Below, one piece after another: positions 40,069 to 50,417 of a stretch of 64,000 bases of DNA. The translations under genes and the position numbers were made by a program. The notes beneath the pieces are model-generated. The model did no database searches. It was not told the origin of the DNA and saw only the letters and a list, made by a program, of their open reading frames with translations. The DNA comes from Candidatus Woesebacteria bacterium (lineage in GTDB: Bacteria > Patescibacteriota > Microgenomatia > UBA8517). The stretch is from contig CP055307.1 in the NCBI GenBank assembly GCA_013374835.1, positions 74,447-138,446 on the forward strand. Reading direction: 5' to 3'. How positions within the stretch are numbered: position 1 is the stretch's first letter; each line of letters begins with the position of its first letter.

Positions 40069-40132
40069 ACCAAAACCTTAAAAAAGCTGGTTTTGGTTTA
40101 AACCAGAACCCTCGTTTAGTTAAACGGGGGTT
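40066..40132 (+). terminator. Tandem hairpins after pilin 9
   Basis: TAAACCAAAACC/GGTTTTGGTTTA (40066-40100) and AACCCTCGTTTA/TAAACGGGGGTT (40107-40132). Confidence 0.65.
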
Positions 40133-40152
40133 TACGGTTATAATGCCAACTA

Positions 40153-41601
40153 ATGGTTTATTTTATTCTAATTCTTGGCTACTCGCTTAATCTTATTTTT
40201 ATAAGTATTTTTAAATACAACTATTCGTATGACGAAATCATAGTTACCGAAATAAGCAAACAGCCAATAAGCACTCTATTAAATACAATCAAAGCAGAGC
40301 CACACCCTCCCGGGTTTTATTTTTTATTAAAATTTCTCCCGGTAGATAATCCGACCGCGACAAAATTAATAATCACGTCAGCAAGCTTCATCCTTTCCAC
40401 AGCTACCATTTTCTTTCTACACAAAAAGGAATTAATCAATAAATTCAAGCTCAAACACGGGCTTACGCTTTTTTTCTCGTCTTTTACCTTTCTCTCCACA
40501 AGCACAGAGGTAAAACAAACAAGCCTTTCAGCACCCATACTTCTGCTTTTTCTCTCCACTTTGTTTTATACGGCTAATAAAAACAAAATAAGCCAGATAA
40601 ACATAATAACTATTAATATTAGTGTTCTACTTCTTCTGTCACTGGGCTACATCAACTATTTAATAGGACTCTTTACCCTAATTGCCATCTGTTTAATCAA
40701 AAAAAATAAATTATTAATTTACTCATCAATCTTTCAACTAATTATATTGCTTTTTTTTCTAAAACTATTTGCGCTGGATCAAATCATAATTAATACCCAT
40801 AGGTTCTCTTGGATAAACGAATTTTATTCAAACCCAATAAATTTATTAAGCACCCACATTTCAGGCTTCTATTCTCAACATCCCGCCCTGGATATTCCTC
40901 TAATCTTTTTTCTCCTGCTAATTTTTTTGGGAATCTACAAAAACAACACAAAAACACCCAAAGCATTCTACTATGCCCAAATTGTTGCTCTAATACTATT
41001 TCTTATTACAATAATTACAAAAACCTCTGTAAGAGTAAGGTATTCAACTCCCCTGCTTTTTACGCTTAGCACCCTGGCAGGCTGGGGACTAATAGCTCTA
41101 AACAACGCTTTCAAAACAAACTCGCTTTATAAACCGACAATTTCCCTTTTCTTTTGTCTGGGATTTTTAGGACATATCTACAACCAAACAACCATCCAAA
41201 AAAATAACCAAATAATAGTCAACGCTGTCAATTCCTTTCCCGAGAACAAAAAGGTAGCTCTCGCAATCGACAGAGAAATTTATCCCCTCGCTTTCAAATT
41301 AAAATTCTTCAAAAACAAAAAGAATTTAATTCCGGTAAATTTTTTTAACCCCGGTCTAATTGAAAACTCTCAAACAATTACCCAAAAGCATTTAACAAAT
41401 TATTCCTTACCCGGTCTCCCACTCAAAATTAAATATGAAAACTATCTATTTGTAGATATTCAAAGGCCGATTAAATCAAATAGCGAAAAGGATAAAATCA
41501 ATTTAATCCTCACCCTTAACAAATCCTGTAAACAATCAAACATTATTAATATCAATAATTCATTTACACTCTATTCTTTTGAAGACTGTCTTTCAAAATA
41601 A
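40153..41601 (+). CDS. GT-C fold membrane glycosyltransferase-like protein
   Basis: YSYDE...EPHPPGFYFLLK first-loop motif, about 11 TM helices, very AT-rich. Confidence 0.7.
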   Translation: MVYFILILGYSLNLIFISIFKYNYSYDEIIVTEISKQPISTLLNTIKAEPHPPGFYFLLKFLPVDNPTATKLIITSASFILSTATIFFLHKKELINKFKLKHGLTLFFSSFTFLSTSTEVKQTSLSAPILLLFLSTLFYTANKNKISQINIITINISVLLLLSLGYINYLIGLFTLIAICLIKKNKLLIYSSIFQLIILLFFLKLFALDQIIINTHRFSWINEFYSNPINLLSTHISGFYSQHPALDIPLIFFLLLIFLGIYKNNTKTPKAFYYAQIVALILFLITIITKTSVRVRYSTPLLFTLSTLAGWGLIALNNAFKTNSLYKPTISLFFCLGFLGHIYNQTTIQKNNQIIVNAVNSFPENKKVALAIDREIYPLAFKLKFFKNKKNLIPVNFFNPGLIENSQTITQKHLTNYSLPGLPLKIKYENYLFVDIQRPIKSNSEKDKINLILTLNKSCKQSNIININNSFTLYSFEDCLSK

Positions 41602-41643
41602 CGAAAGCCTTGCCGAGATGTTTTCTCCAATATAAAATGAGTT

Positions 41644-41976
41644 ATGAACATGCTTACCCCATTTGTTTATGCAATAGATCCAAGCAACATCCAAGACGGA
41701 GATGTGCCAATACTAAGAGGCCTCGAAGACGTATTTGAATCTGTAATAAGCCTTGCTATTCCGCTTGCCGCCATTGTCCTTTTTGTTCTTCTTATCATAG
41801 GTGGATTCAAATACCTCACAGCCGGCTCAAACGCGGGCAAAGTCGAGGCAGCTCAAAAAACCATAACTTACGCAATTTTAGGCATGGTCCTTATTGCCCT
41901 AGCCTATTTGATATTAGAATTTATCGCCGCATTCACAGGAGCTACTTATCTACGCCAATTCAGAATAAGAATATAA
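41644..41976 (+). CDS. VirB2/TrbC-like pilin 10
   Basis: TM-GGFKYLTAGSNAGKVEAAQKTITYAILG-TM. Confidence 0.82.
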   Translation: MNMLTPFVYAIDPSNIQDGDVPILRGLEDVFESVISLAIPLAAIVLFVLLIIGGFKYLTAGSNAGKVEAAQKTITYAILGMVLIALAYLILEFIAAFTGATYLRQFRIRI

Positions 41977-41994
41977 AAATCTTTTCAAAAAACA

Positions 41995-44900
41995 ATGAAA
42001 AAAAAGGCAATAAAATTTACCCTCATACAAGCCAGCGTATTCACTTTTTTAATTTTTCTCAGCAAATCTATATATGCACAAACCCCGGTGGACCTAAGAG
42101 ATTTCATTGCAGGACCCGACTTTGTTCCCCATTCTTTAAGCTCTGGAGAACAAATCAGCTTTTCTTCAGAAGGAGATTGTCACGCAATGGGCCAAGCCGT
42201 AAGGCAATACAAAAACGCAAACTACGAACAGTTCTGCATAGGAGCAGATGGTGTTTATAGACAAGAGGATACAAGCTGGGCAATTTCAATTGGAAACAGG
42301 CTCCAAAATGCACACTGTAAGGGCACTCTTGACAAAGCAATTATTACCTCAGACCCAGGATGCACCACCTATACCCCAGGCTCTCAAGTAACAACAGACG
42401 GAGCCTGGTGGGCCCCAGCCGGAATCGGCTCAATGACCACAGGACAATCCTATTCCTACATCACCCACAATCCATGGCAAATAGTAACAATAAACAACAA
42501 TATCCTCCAATCCGGAGGAGGTAAAATCTACTGTGAAATCGAAGAAAGCCCGTATTCAGATAGATATAAATCCCCAAACACCTGTGGATCCACCATCTCC
42601 GTCTCTCTTACCTACTACGACGCCGGTGAATACGAATTCTGCACCGGACTAAAAAACAACGAGCCAGTAATCGCCATGGGCGCAACCTCAGGCCCCGGCT
42701 CAGACGAAAAAATAATCTACATGAAAGGCTGGGGAATAGTGGGTTTCGAATCTCCATTTATGACAGTTGGGCTAATGGGAACGGACAACTATGGAAACAC
42801 AGCCGACCCCTCAGGCTGCACTACACCAGGAGCTTTTGGCCCTGGAGCCTCGGGTGTGCAGTGCGAAGATGAATTTTTCCCTGAATTTCACTCCCTGCGC
42901 CCATACCCTGCGTGTCCAATCCCCCCCGACATTATGGACACAAGCTTTCTCCTCTGCGGAAACGACCTTATAACCCAGGAAACCCTTGAAATAAGATACG
43001 GCGAAGATCTGCCCGATGGAATTTCACTAATTAACTGCACGGAAGAAGAAGAAAATTTAATTTGCAATTACAAAATTACAAATAGAACCATACCAATAAG
43101 AGTAGATCTCTCAGAAGCAGACCTCCCCATCATGGGACTTACCGAAGACCCCTTCTCAACCGAAGGTGATGAACCCTGGCCACACAAAAGAATCCCGGAC
43201 TCAGTTACCCCAGCCCAAAGAATGAACGAATACGTCAGCTGGTACTTAAACGGCACAATAGCAAGAGCCGAAGATCCGTTGCTTGCAGTAACCAACGATT
43301 ATCCCGAAAAACCAGACAATATAAGCGATCCTAAATTCGAAAAAATATTCCGCGACACGAGATTATTAATAAACTTCTCAGGCCCCCTAAGAAAACTTTT
43401 ACCCTGGAGAATCCAAGTAAGAGAAAGAGAGAAACAAATTTTTGAAGCATCCGGCTTTGGAGGCCCCGACGTCGCCGGAAACATCCGCCACAACCAAATT
43501 GTCGGCTGCACGTATGGGTTATCTATACCTAACTTTTGGGACATATTCAACATAGACGAAATCGGAGGAATACCTGGTCCATGCTATGAACCCAAAAAAG
43601 AAAACGACTTTATAATTCCTGATTTATTCCAAAGACAAATACACCGACTTTCCGACTGGCTCGAGGGAGGAGTAAACGAGGAGCTGGACAAATGGAACCG
43701 CCTTCCTCCGTACGACGAAGACATCGGCACCAAATACGAAAATTTTCAAGAATACTGGAAAGAATACAGGCGTTGGCGCGGACAAAGCTGCACACCAAGT
43801 TTGGATCTTGGTGATATACCACTCGATCAAATCCCTGGCATAGGATCAATTTTAGGATCTCTCTTAGACATCGTACCCAACCTTTATCTTTGCTACGACA
43901 ATCCATTAAAATTCAATTATTGGTCAAGCCTCTTTAGCTATATCCCCTTCTCATCAACTGAAGATAGAACCGGATATGCAGAAGGCCACCTGGACACTGC
44001 TCTTACGCAACAACCGCCAAGCGACGCAAATATCACAGACATTAATTTTACACCAAATCCGGGCACAATCCTGCCGGACGACGGAAAAATGAGGTTTCTC
44101 TATTTCCCCCACATGCAGGAAAGCGCAGAACTAGGATATCTGCTTCAGCAAACCTTCCTTACAAAAGGAGAAGGTGGCTTCTCAAATATCAACGAACAAG
44201 GTTACTACAATACAGAGCGCTGTGAATACCTAGACACCAGAAAAAACCCGGGTGACGATCTATACGGCGGCGATTTCGATCAAGAAGGTCTTCCATGGAA
44301 CCAGCCCGTAAACGACGAACGGACAATAGACGGAAACATAACATATTCAGGCACCTTCCAGTGCTCTTTCTATCTTGCAGAGCCGGTTTGCGATGGCATC
44401 GGCTACCCCGGCCAAGTCCACTGTAACACGGACGAGTGTAGACCATATGTTTGTACAGAATCCGGAAACTGGGAACCAGCTTGGGACACGATAACAGGAG
44501 GAGTAGGACAATACCCCTGTAGTGGAACAGCAGGAAATTGCACCTCCTCAAGCACATTCTCGCCACCGGATCCGGGTGTTTGTACAATAAACATAAGCAC
44601 TGCAACATCAATCTATATAGGCACACCAAAGGCAGAAGAAGTCTGGGATAGACTAGTAAACGGAAGCCAGTCGGTCTTCAGAAGAATTTACCCAAAAGTA
44701 GGAGCGGAAAAGCCTGTCGAAGAAATAAAAGACATCCCGGCAGAAGCCAAGGCAAGCTACTCCTCAGAAGATGGAAACGTCCAAGTCTTTGCAGGAAATC
44801 CAGCTGCAGCAAGGCCAGGCTCAAACGCAAAAATATTCTTCCCCCATATCGGCTCAATCTACGACTACTTTCTAAAAGGCATTCAAAAAGCCCTCAGACC

Positions 44901-45543
44901 AAAAGACATTCAAACCATCCAATCAGGCCCGTCATCCACCCCGCCTCCGCCTCAAAACACAGACTGCCCCATAAACTGCAACCAAGACGTACCAGATTCA
45001 GAAATTCCAACAGCCTATTTAGGAACATTCAAACAAAACATAATTAGGCTTGCAAACGACTTGTACGCAGGCACTGGTAGAAACTTCGCAAAAGAATGCT
45101 ACAACGACGTAGTAAAAAGATCGCTAAACGCGGGCTATAACCCAGCGTTTGTTATCACAATATGGCTTGCAGAAAGCGGGGCAAGCAACTACAACCAAGC
45201 TTGTACTACCCAAGACTTTGGGATAAACAGGCCAGAAATGGCGGCAGATTTTAACGAACAAATAAGATGGTTCTTTAATCTTACAAACATCTGGAACACC
45301 ACATATCCGGAATGCATAGACTGTAATATCTCAACAGGAGAATGTACCAATGGCTATACATATATGGAAAACTGGACACACCTTTTCAAATCTGAAGACC
45401 CAATAAACGCCACAGGAGAATGCGTTCCAGATCCGCCCTCACAAAGCAGGCTTGCAGACTACCAAAACATTTGGAATTGGGTTGCGCCCGCATGCCCATT
45501 TCCTCAAACGCCGTTTCACAACACATGTCCAAATATAAATTAA
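41995..45543 (+). CDS. Large secreted Cys-rich protein with a lysozyme-like C-terminal segment
   Basis: Signal peptide (IYA-Q), many Cys. C-terminal YNPAFVITIWLAESGASNY...DFG resembles a lysozyme/SLT catalytic Glu motif. Confidence 0.6.
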   Translation: MKKKAIKFTLIQASVFTFLIFLSKSIYAQTPVDLRDFIAGPDFVPHSLSSGEQISFSSEGDCHAMGQAVRQYKNANYEQFCIGADGVYRQEDTSWAISIGNRLQNAHCKGTLDKAIITSDPGCTTYTPGSQVTTDGAWWAPAGIGSMTTGQSYSYITHNPWQIVTINNNILQSGGGKIYCEIEESPYSDRYKSPNTCGSTISVSLTYYDAGEYEFCTGLKNNEPVIAMGATSGPGSDEKIIYMKGWGIVGFESPFMTVGLMGTDNYGNTADPSGCTTPGAFGPGASGVQCEDEFFPEFHSLRPYPACPIPPDIMDTSFLLCGNDLITQETLEIRYGEDLPDGISLINCTEEEENLICNYKITNRTIPIRVDLSEADLPIMGLTEDPFSTEGDEPWPHKRIPDSVTPAQRMNEYVSWYLNGTIARAEDPLLAVTNDYPEKPDNISDPKFEKIFRDTRLLINFSGPLRKLLPWRIQVREREKQIFEASGFGGPDVAGNIRHNQIVGCTYGLSIPNFWDIFNIDEIGGIPGPCYEPKKENDFIIPDLFQRQIHRLSDWLEGGVNEELDKWNRLPPYDEDIGTKYENFQEYWKEYRRWRGQSCTPSLDLGDIPLDQIPGIGSILGSLLDIVPNLYLCYDNPLKFNYWSSLFSYIPFSSTEDRTGYAEGHLDTALTQQPPSDANITDINFTPNPGTILPDDGKMRFLYFPHMQESAELGYLLQQTFLTKGEGGFSNINEQGYYNTERCEYLDTRKNPGDDLYGGDFDQEGLPWNQPVNDERTIDGNITYSGTFQCSFYLAEPVCDGIGYPGQVHCNTDECRPYVCTESGNWEPAWDTITGGVGQYPCSGTAGNCTSSSTFSPPDPGVCTINISTATSIYIGTPKAEEVWDRLVNGSQSVFRRIYPKVGAEKPVEEIKDIPAEAKASYSSEDGNVQVFAGNPAAARPGSNAKIFFPHIGSIYDYFLKGIQKALRPKDIQTIQSGPSSTPPPPQNTDCPINCNQDVPDSEIPTAYLGTFKQNIIRLANDLYAGTGRNFAKECYNDVVKRSLNAGYNPAFVITIWLAESGASNYNQACTTQDFGINRPEMAADFNEQIRWFFNLTNIWNTTYPECIDCNISTGECTNGYTYMENWTHLFKSEDPINATGECVPDPPSQSRLADYQNIWNWVAPACPFPQTPFHNTCPNIN

Positions 45544-45574
45544 GCATTAGCCTCTTTTCTTTTCTCAAAAATAA

Positions 45575-47188
45575 ATGATATTATTAAAAATGATAAAAAT
45601 TAAAAAGAAAAACATGATCAAACGCCTGCTCATATTGTTTCTTTTAGTCAATTTACTATTCTTGTCTATTTTTGCCGCTCCTGCCAAGGCTCAATGGTAC
45701 AATCAATCCTTTGGCCAATGGTATGTACAAGTTTATGATAGCGAAAACCCGGCAGAAATATTCGGAGAGCGCTACACCGCCGCCCAGGTTCAATGGGTAA
45801 CATACGGATTTATAGCTCTTTTAATACACACAATTACAGAAAGACTTCCCATTAATCCGGAAAATATAGTAAATTTCATTACAACAGGAGACATTTCAGA
45901 ACTTTCTTCAAATAGCACTGCTCCACAACCAATCGCCCAAAACAAGGAGCAAAACGGCAAAAATCTTCTGCAGGAAATATTTAGAGACAAACCCCTTTCG
46001 GGAATAACTTATACCAAAGAAGCTATAAAAAACATCAAACTCATTCCTGAAGCTAAAGCCCAAACTACAGGTTTTGGATTTCAAACACTCGGACCAATAA
46101 GAGGATTGTGGAGAATCTCAAGAAACATTGCCTACACGCTTTTTGTCCTTGTAACAATTGTCTTGTCGTTTATGATAATGTTTCGCGTAAAAATCTCACC
46201 ACAAGCGGTAATTACGGTCCAATCAGCACTCCCAAGAATATTTCTTGCACTCATATTAGTCACATTTTCATATCCTATCGCTGGCTTTTTAATCGATATT
46301 ATGTACGTAACAATAGGTCTTATAAGCTTGCTTGTTGGCGGAACAAGCAATGCTCTTGATCTCTTCAATTTATTAACCAAAGGCCTTGATCCTCTAAAAA
46401 TTGGTTATGGCGCAGGTATATTGGGCATATTTTTTTACCTTCTTTATATATATATTATCTCTGCCCTCGGATTTTTTGCATACGGCATCGCTGATCTTAA
46501 TTCAGAACAAATCGGCGGTGGCGCAGGAGGTATCGGACTTGGACTTTTAATGCTTGTTTTTATATTTATATTTGTATTTGCAGCACTTTTTACATTTTTC
46601 AAAATAGTAATTCTTCTTTTCAAAACATTTACCACTATCTTAATTCTTACCATTATCGCCCCAATTCAATTAACGCTCGGGGTAGTAATGCCTGAACTTG
46701 GATTTGGTAATTGGCTTAAAAACTTCGTTAAAAACCTTGCCGTTTTCCCTACTTTGGGGTTGTTGTTACTACTGGCACTAATCTTTGCCTCATCAGCAGC
46801 AATTGCATTTATCAACCTCGACATTCCTGAAATAGGAATCCCAGAATTAAAAGCTCTGTCTTTCAACCCGGCAAGCTACAATCAATTCGAGGGTCAAGGA
46901 TGGCCGCCTTTCCTCGATCTAAACGGAGCCGCTCTCAACTTCGCCTTTGTAATAGTAAGTGTAGTAATTCTTGCAATGGCAGCAAAAGTAGATCAACTAA
47001 TAAACGCCCTCATGACAGGCCGGGTCTTTGGCTACGGCACAGCTCTATCCGAATTTACAGGAATAGCACCTCCAGAAGCAGGCCAAGCCGGGTGGATTAA
47101 TAAACAAATTAGTCAATTAAGACAAGCTAGAAAAGCTTCAGGACAAAGAGGTAGCGGGCTCGCAGGCAGCGCACAAGGCGGTGGATAA
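45575..47188 (+). CDS. VirB6/TrbL-like polytopic T4SS membrane protein
   Basis: W...RNIAY...FMIMFR...TVQSALPRI..ALILVTFSY.IAGFLID, then several TM helices and IAP...P....GNWLKN. Confidence 0.65.
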   Translation: MILLKMIKIKKKNMIKRLLILFLLVNLLFLSIFAAPAKAQWYNQSFGQWYVQVYDSENPAEIFGERYTAAQVQWVTYGFIALLIHTITERLPINPENIVNFITTGDISELSSNSTAPQPIAQNKEQNGKNLLQEIFRDKPLSGITYTKEAIKNIKLIPEAKAQTTGFGFQTLGPIRGLWRISRNIAYTLFVLVTIVLSFMIMFRVKISPQAVITVQSALPRIFLALILVTFSYPIAGFLIDIMYVTIGLISLLVGGTSNALDLFNLLTKGLDPLKIGYGAGILGIFFYLLYIYIISALGFFAYGIADLNSEQIGGGAGGIGLGLLMLVFIFIFVFAALFTFFKIVILLFKTFTTILILTIIAPIQLTLGVVMPELGFGNWLKNFVKNLAVFPTLGLLLLLALIFASSAAIAFINLDIPEIGIPELKALSFNPASYNQFEGQGWPPFLDLNGAALNFAFVIVSVVILAMAAKVDQLINALMTGRVFGYGTALSEFTGIAPPEAGQAGWINKQISQLRQARKASGQRGSGLAGSAQGGG

Positions 47189-47199
47189 AATTTAAAAAA

Positions 47200-49302
47200 T
47201 CAAATAGGTAAATTGTCTATAACCATAACAACCTTATCCATCAAATAAGCAGCTACTCTTTGATAAGGGTTCCTCTTCAACTTTCTGGCCCCTATTTCAT
47301 TAGCCTCATCTACGAACTTCCTAAAATGCGCCGCATTCTCACCAGACGGATATTTAACCCTTAATCTATAAGAACTCTTAAACGCAGTCCTTGCAGCTAC
47401 AACATAAACCCCTTTTACAATATTTTCTCGATATTTTCTATCTACTTCCAATTCACTAAAAGCGTCCGCCAACCCCCTCCAAGTTTTTATTCGACCTCTC
47501 ACTATAGCCTCATTAATCGTTTTTGCTCTGTCAATAGCGCCAAAAATATATTTAGAAAACGGCGTTTCGGAAACCTCATTAAAATCTAAAGTCTCAAGTT
47601 TCATATTCGGCCTAATATGTAAAATTTTTCTACCGTTTCCTAATAAAACATCTCGAAAAGTTATCTCCTTTTTTCCTTCCTTTTTGGCTCCCATATACGA
47701 AAACGCATCCTTGTATAATTCTTTTGGCAAAACATTTGACTTTTCACCCCTAAAAAGACGACCAGAAATCACATGCCGCTTTTTCTTTCTTAGTACGCTT
47801 GCCGACCAAGAACCAAATGGCACACTCCATTCTGACTCCCCATCTTTGGCTTTTTGCTCTAACCTCTCTTGGGGGTGCATCGAAATCCTTATTGGCAAAG
47901 ACATTAACCTAAAATCCATAGGAGGAATGCGGCTATTATTGTTTCGTTTATACCTCGAATCTTCATATTCAACTACATTGCCCTGTGTAAAGAAATTCCA
48001 AGCAGCTCGAGCTACATCGTCAGCATTTATTTCAACATCATCTCCGTTTTCGATTTTCTCCCGAACAACCCCATGTCTTGATAGCCACAAAGCCACATTG
48101 GAAACTAAAGTATCAAGGTCACTAAGTTCTTTAAAATCAAAAACCGTCCCACCGTTCTTAAACTTGCCATAAACAGCATCGTTCCTTTGAGTTTCAGTTG
48201 AGTTCAAATCCCTATCAAAAAATTCATTCAAATCAACCCCATCAACAACAATGGCTGTATATAAAGAAACGGCGTGCATAAAACCCGGAACTCTCCACAC
48301 CTGCCTACCCTGTACTTCATCGCATCCAAACAAAAATGAAATTTCATCTTTTGTTAATTCACCAATTGGATTGCTTGGATATAAATCATCAAAACTAAAT
48401 GTATTTACCTTGTGATAAAGAGCACGTGCTAATTTATATCTTATTTCCCACCATTTCTTTGTATCACCCTCAAGATCCTTCACCATAATATTTGGATTTA
48501 CACCTTCTACTGGAACTTTGGCGTCTTTTTCCAATCTCCTAAAAGAATTTCTAAAATCCTCCGGGGTTTCAAGAGTTTCTTTTCTTTCTTCCCACTGTCT
48601 GCGCTCCTGTCGCACTCTTTCCTCTTCTATCATTCTCACCCTCCTCTGTTCAGCAGCAATCTCTTGCAACAGCGCCGCCTCCACACCTCTCACATCCCGA
48701 CTAGAAGGTCTTGCAACTTCAGCGGACATATCACCAGTTAAACTATTAATGTTATATCTCTCTTCAAACCAACCTGTTGGAACAAAATTAAAATCCTCAA
48801 ATCTGTCAAGCGCATTAGCTTTCATTATTGGACCAAATTCTTTACTTACCCGCTTTCGCTCCATATCCAGTTTATTCACCAAACTCTGAACAGCAGCATC
48901 AAAAATCCCCACATATTTCTCTCCTTTTTCTTTGTCTAAAGCTTCTTCAAACTCTTGAGCAACAGAGATTATTTCCCGAAAATATTCGCCCCAATCAACC
49001 TTTCCACTATTATTAAAAATTTCTGTTTTTTCTACAATCTTAGATGCAAAGTCTTCAAAACCAGGAGCTGATTCTAAATACTTTCCCAACAATTCTTGAC
49101 CTTTTTTAATCCAACTGTTTAATTCACTCAATTTATGTGGGTCTAGAGAACGATTTTCTTTAATTTCTTTCTTGTAAGTTTCAATGTCTCGAATTATTTC
49201 CTTAGCAGTTACCTCATGCGCACCCTCTCCCCGCTCAGGAGCTCCACCCATACTCAAATCGTCTGGTCTGAAATGAATTTCAGGACTCATAGTATCATCC
49301 AT
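47200..49302 (-). CDS. Large soluble hypothetical protein (charged, coiled-coil)
   Basis: 700-aa ORF with no signal peptide or TM helix. TGGTATAAT upstream at 49325-49333. Confidence 0.75.
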   Translation of the reverse strand: MDDTMSPEIHFRPDDLSMGGAPERGEGAHEVTAKEIIRDIETYKKEIKENRSLDPHKLSELNSWIKKGQELLGKYLESAPGFEDFASKIVEKTEIFNNSGKVDWGEYFREIISVAQEFEEALDKEKGEKYVGIFDAAVQSLVNKLDMERKRVSKEFGPIMKANALDRFEDFNFVPTGWFEERYNINSLTGDMSAEVARPSSRDVRGVEAALLQEIAAEQRRVRMIEEERVRQERRQWEERKETLETPEDFRNSFRRLEKDAKVPVEGVNPNIMVKDLEGDTKKWWEIRYKLARALYHKVNTFSFDDLYPSNPIGELTKDEISFLFGCDEVQGRQVWRVPGFMHAVSLYTAIVVDGVDLNEFFDRDLNSTETQRNDAVYGKFKNGGTVFDFKELSDLDTLVSNVALWLSRHGVVREKIENGDDVEINADDVARAAWNFFTQGNVVEYEDSRYKRNNNSRIPPMDFRLMSLPIRISMHPQERLEQKAKDGESEWSVPFGSWSASVLRKKKRHVISGRLFRGEKSNVLPKELYKDAFSYMGAKKEGKKEITFRDVLLGNGRKILHIRPNMKLETLDFNEVSETPFSKYIFGAIDRAKTINEAIVRGRIKTWRGLADAFSELEVDRKYRENIVKGVYVVAARTAFKSSYRLRVKYPSGENAAHFRKFVDEANEIGARKLKRNPYQRVAAYLMDKVVMVIDNLPI

Positions 49303-49438
49303 GGCAGATTTATATATAGGCTGATTATACCATTTTGACTCCTTTTATATCAAAATATTGCGTGAAAATCCCCACTTCTTGAAAGATAAGCTACATGCAC
49401 TACAATTAATGTATATAAATATATTGCTTTAATAAACC

Positions 49439-50416
49439 ATGCACGATCAATTTTCAACATTCGAACAGCATCCGGTGCCACAAAACATCAGTTCATACCA
49501 GTTTAGGCTCATAGGAGACATGACCATCAAGCAATTCTTTCAGCTTGCAGGCGGGGCTTTAATTGCGCTTCTTTTTTACGCCTCCCCTTTCCCGGGTTTT
49601 ATCAAATGGCCGCTTATCATCTTTTTTGCACTGGCAGGAGCAGCCTTTGCCTTCCTTCCTCTTGAAGAACGTCCACTAGAAGAATGGGTAAAAGCATTTT
49701 TCCGATCCGTTTATTCACCTACAATCTATGTCTGGCAAAAAACACAAACCCCCCCCATTATTTTCGCCCAACAAGTAGCTCCAGTAGCAACCGAAGAAAA
49801 CGCACAAGAATCGGGTCAGCCACAAGACCCCGCCCAATCAAACCTTGATAAAGCAGAAAAAAAATTCTTTGACAAATTCACAAATCTTTTTTCAATATCC
49901 CCAGCAAGCCCACCCAAACAAACGGTCTCAATCCCACCCCAGCCAGTCAGCAACCCACCACAGCCAGAAACAACAACCGTTTCCATTAATGCACACCAAG
50001 GGTCAAAACCCAGCTTTAATATAAGCGTAAACGAAAACGAAAAAATAGCGACAAAAAACGCACCACAAACACTCATTGCACAACAAATCCAAAAAGCCCA
50101 AGCCGCACAATTTAGCCCGGAGTCAGCACCGCCCACCCCCCCAACACAGCCCAATATAGTTGTTGGCCAAACAATAAGCACCGAAGGAAAAATTATAGAA
50201 GGTGTAATACTCGAAATAAAAGACGCTCAAGGCCGTCCAGTACGCGCCCTCAAAAGCAACAAAGCAGGACACTTCCTAATAGTCACACCACTAAATAACG
50301 GCAAATATCAAATTACAGCCGAAAAGGAAGGCTTTGCATTCGACCCGATTGAAATAGAGGCAAACGGACAAATCATTCAACCTATCGCCATAAAAGCAAG
50401 GTCTCAACCAAACTAA
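49439..50416 (+). CDS. prgI: PrgI (VirB3-like) family protein with a C-terminal carboxypeptidase-regulatory-like beta domain
   Basis: QHPVPQNISSYQFRLIGDMTIKQF, two TM helices, ERPLEEW, Pro/Gln linker, G.IIEGVILEIKD..GRPVRALKSNKAG.F. Confidence 0.75.
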   Translation: MHDQFSTFEQHPVPQNISSYQFRLIGDMTIKQFFQLAGGALIALLFYASPFPGFIKWPLIIFFALAGAAFAFLPLEERPLEEWVKAFFRSVYSPTIYVWQKTQTPPIIFAQQVAPVATEENAQESGQPQDPAQSNLDKAEKKFFDKFTNLFSISPASPPKQTVSIPPQPVSNPPQPETTTVSINAHQGSKPSFNISVNENEKIATKNAPQTLIAQQIQKAQAAQFSPESAPPTPPTQPNIVVGQTISTEGKIIEGVILEIKDAQGRPVRALKSNKAGHFLIVTPLNNGKYQITAEKEGFAFDPIEIEANGQIIQPIAIKARSQPN

Positions 50417-50417
50417 A

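Noticed and set aside
35942-41976. Type IV (PilA-like) pilins
   Set aside because: No class III signal (G|FTLxE). The two-TM hairpin with TSxG.pxK matches VirB2/TrbC-like pilins.
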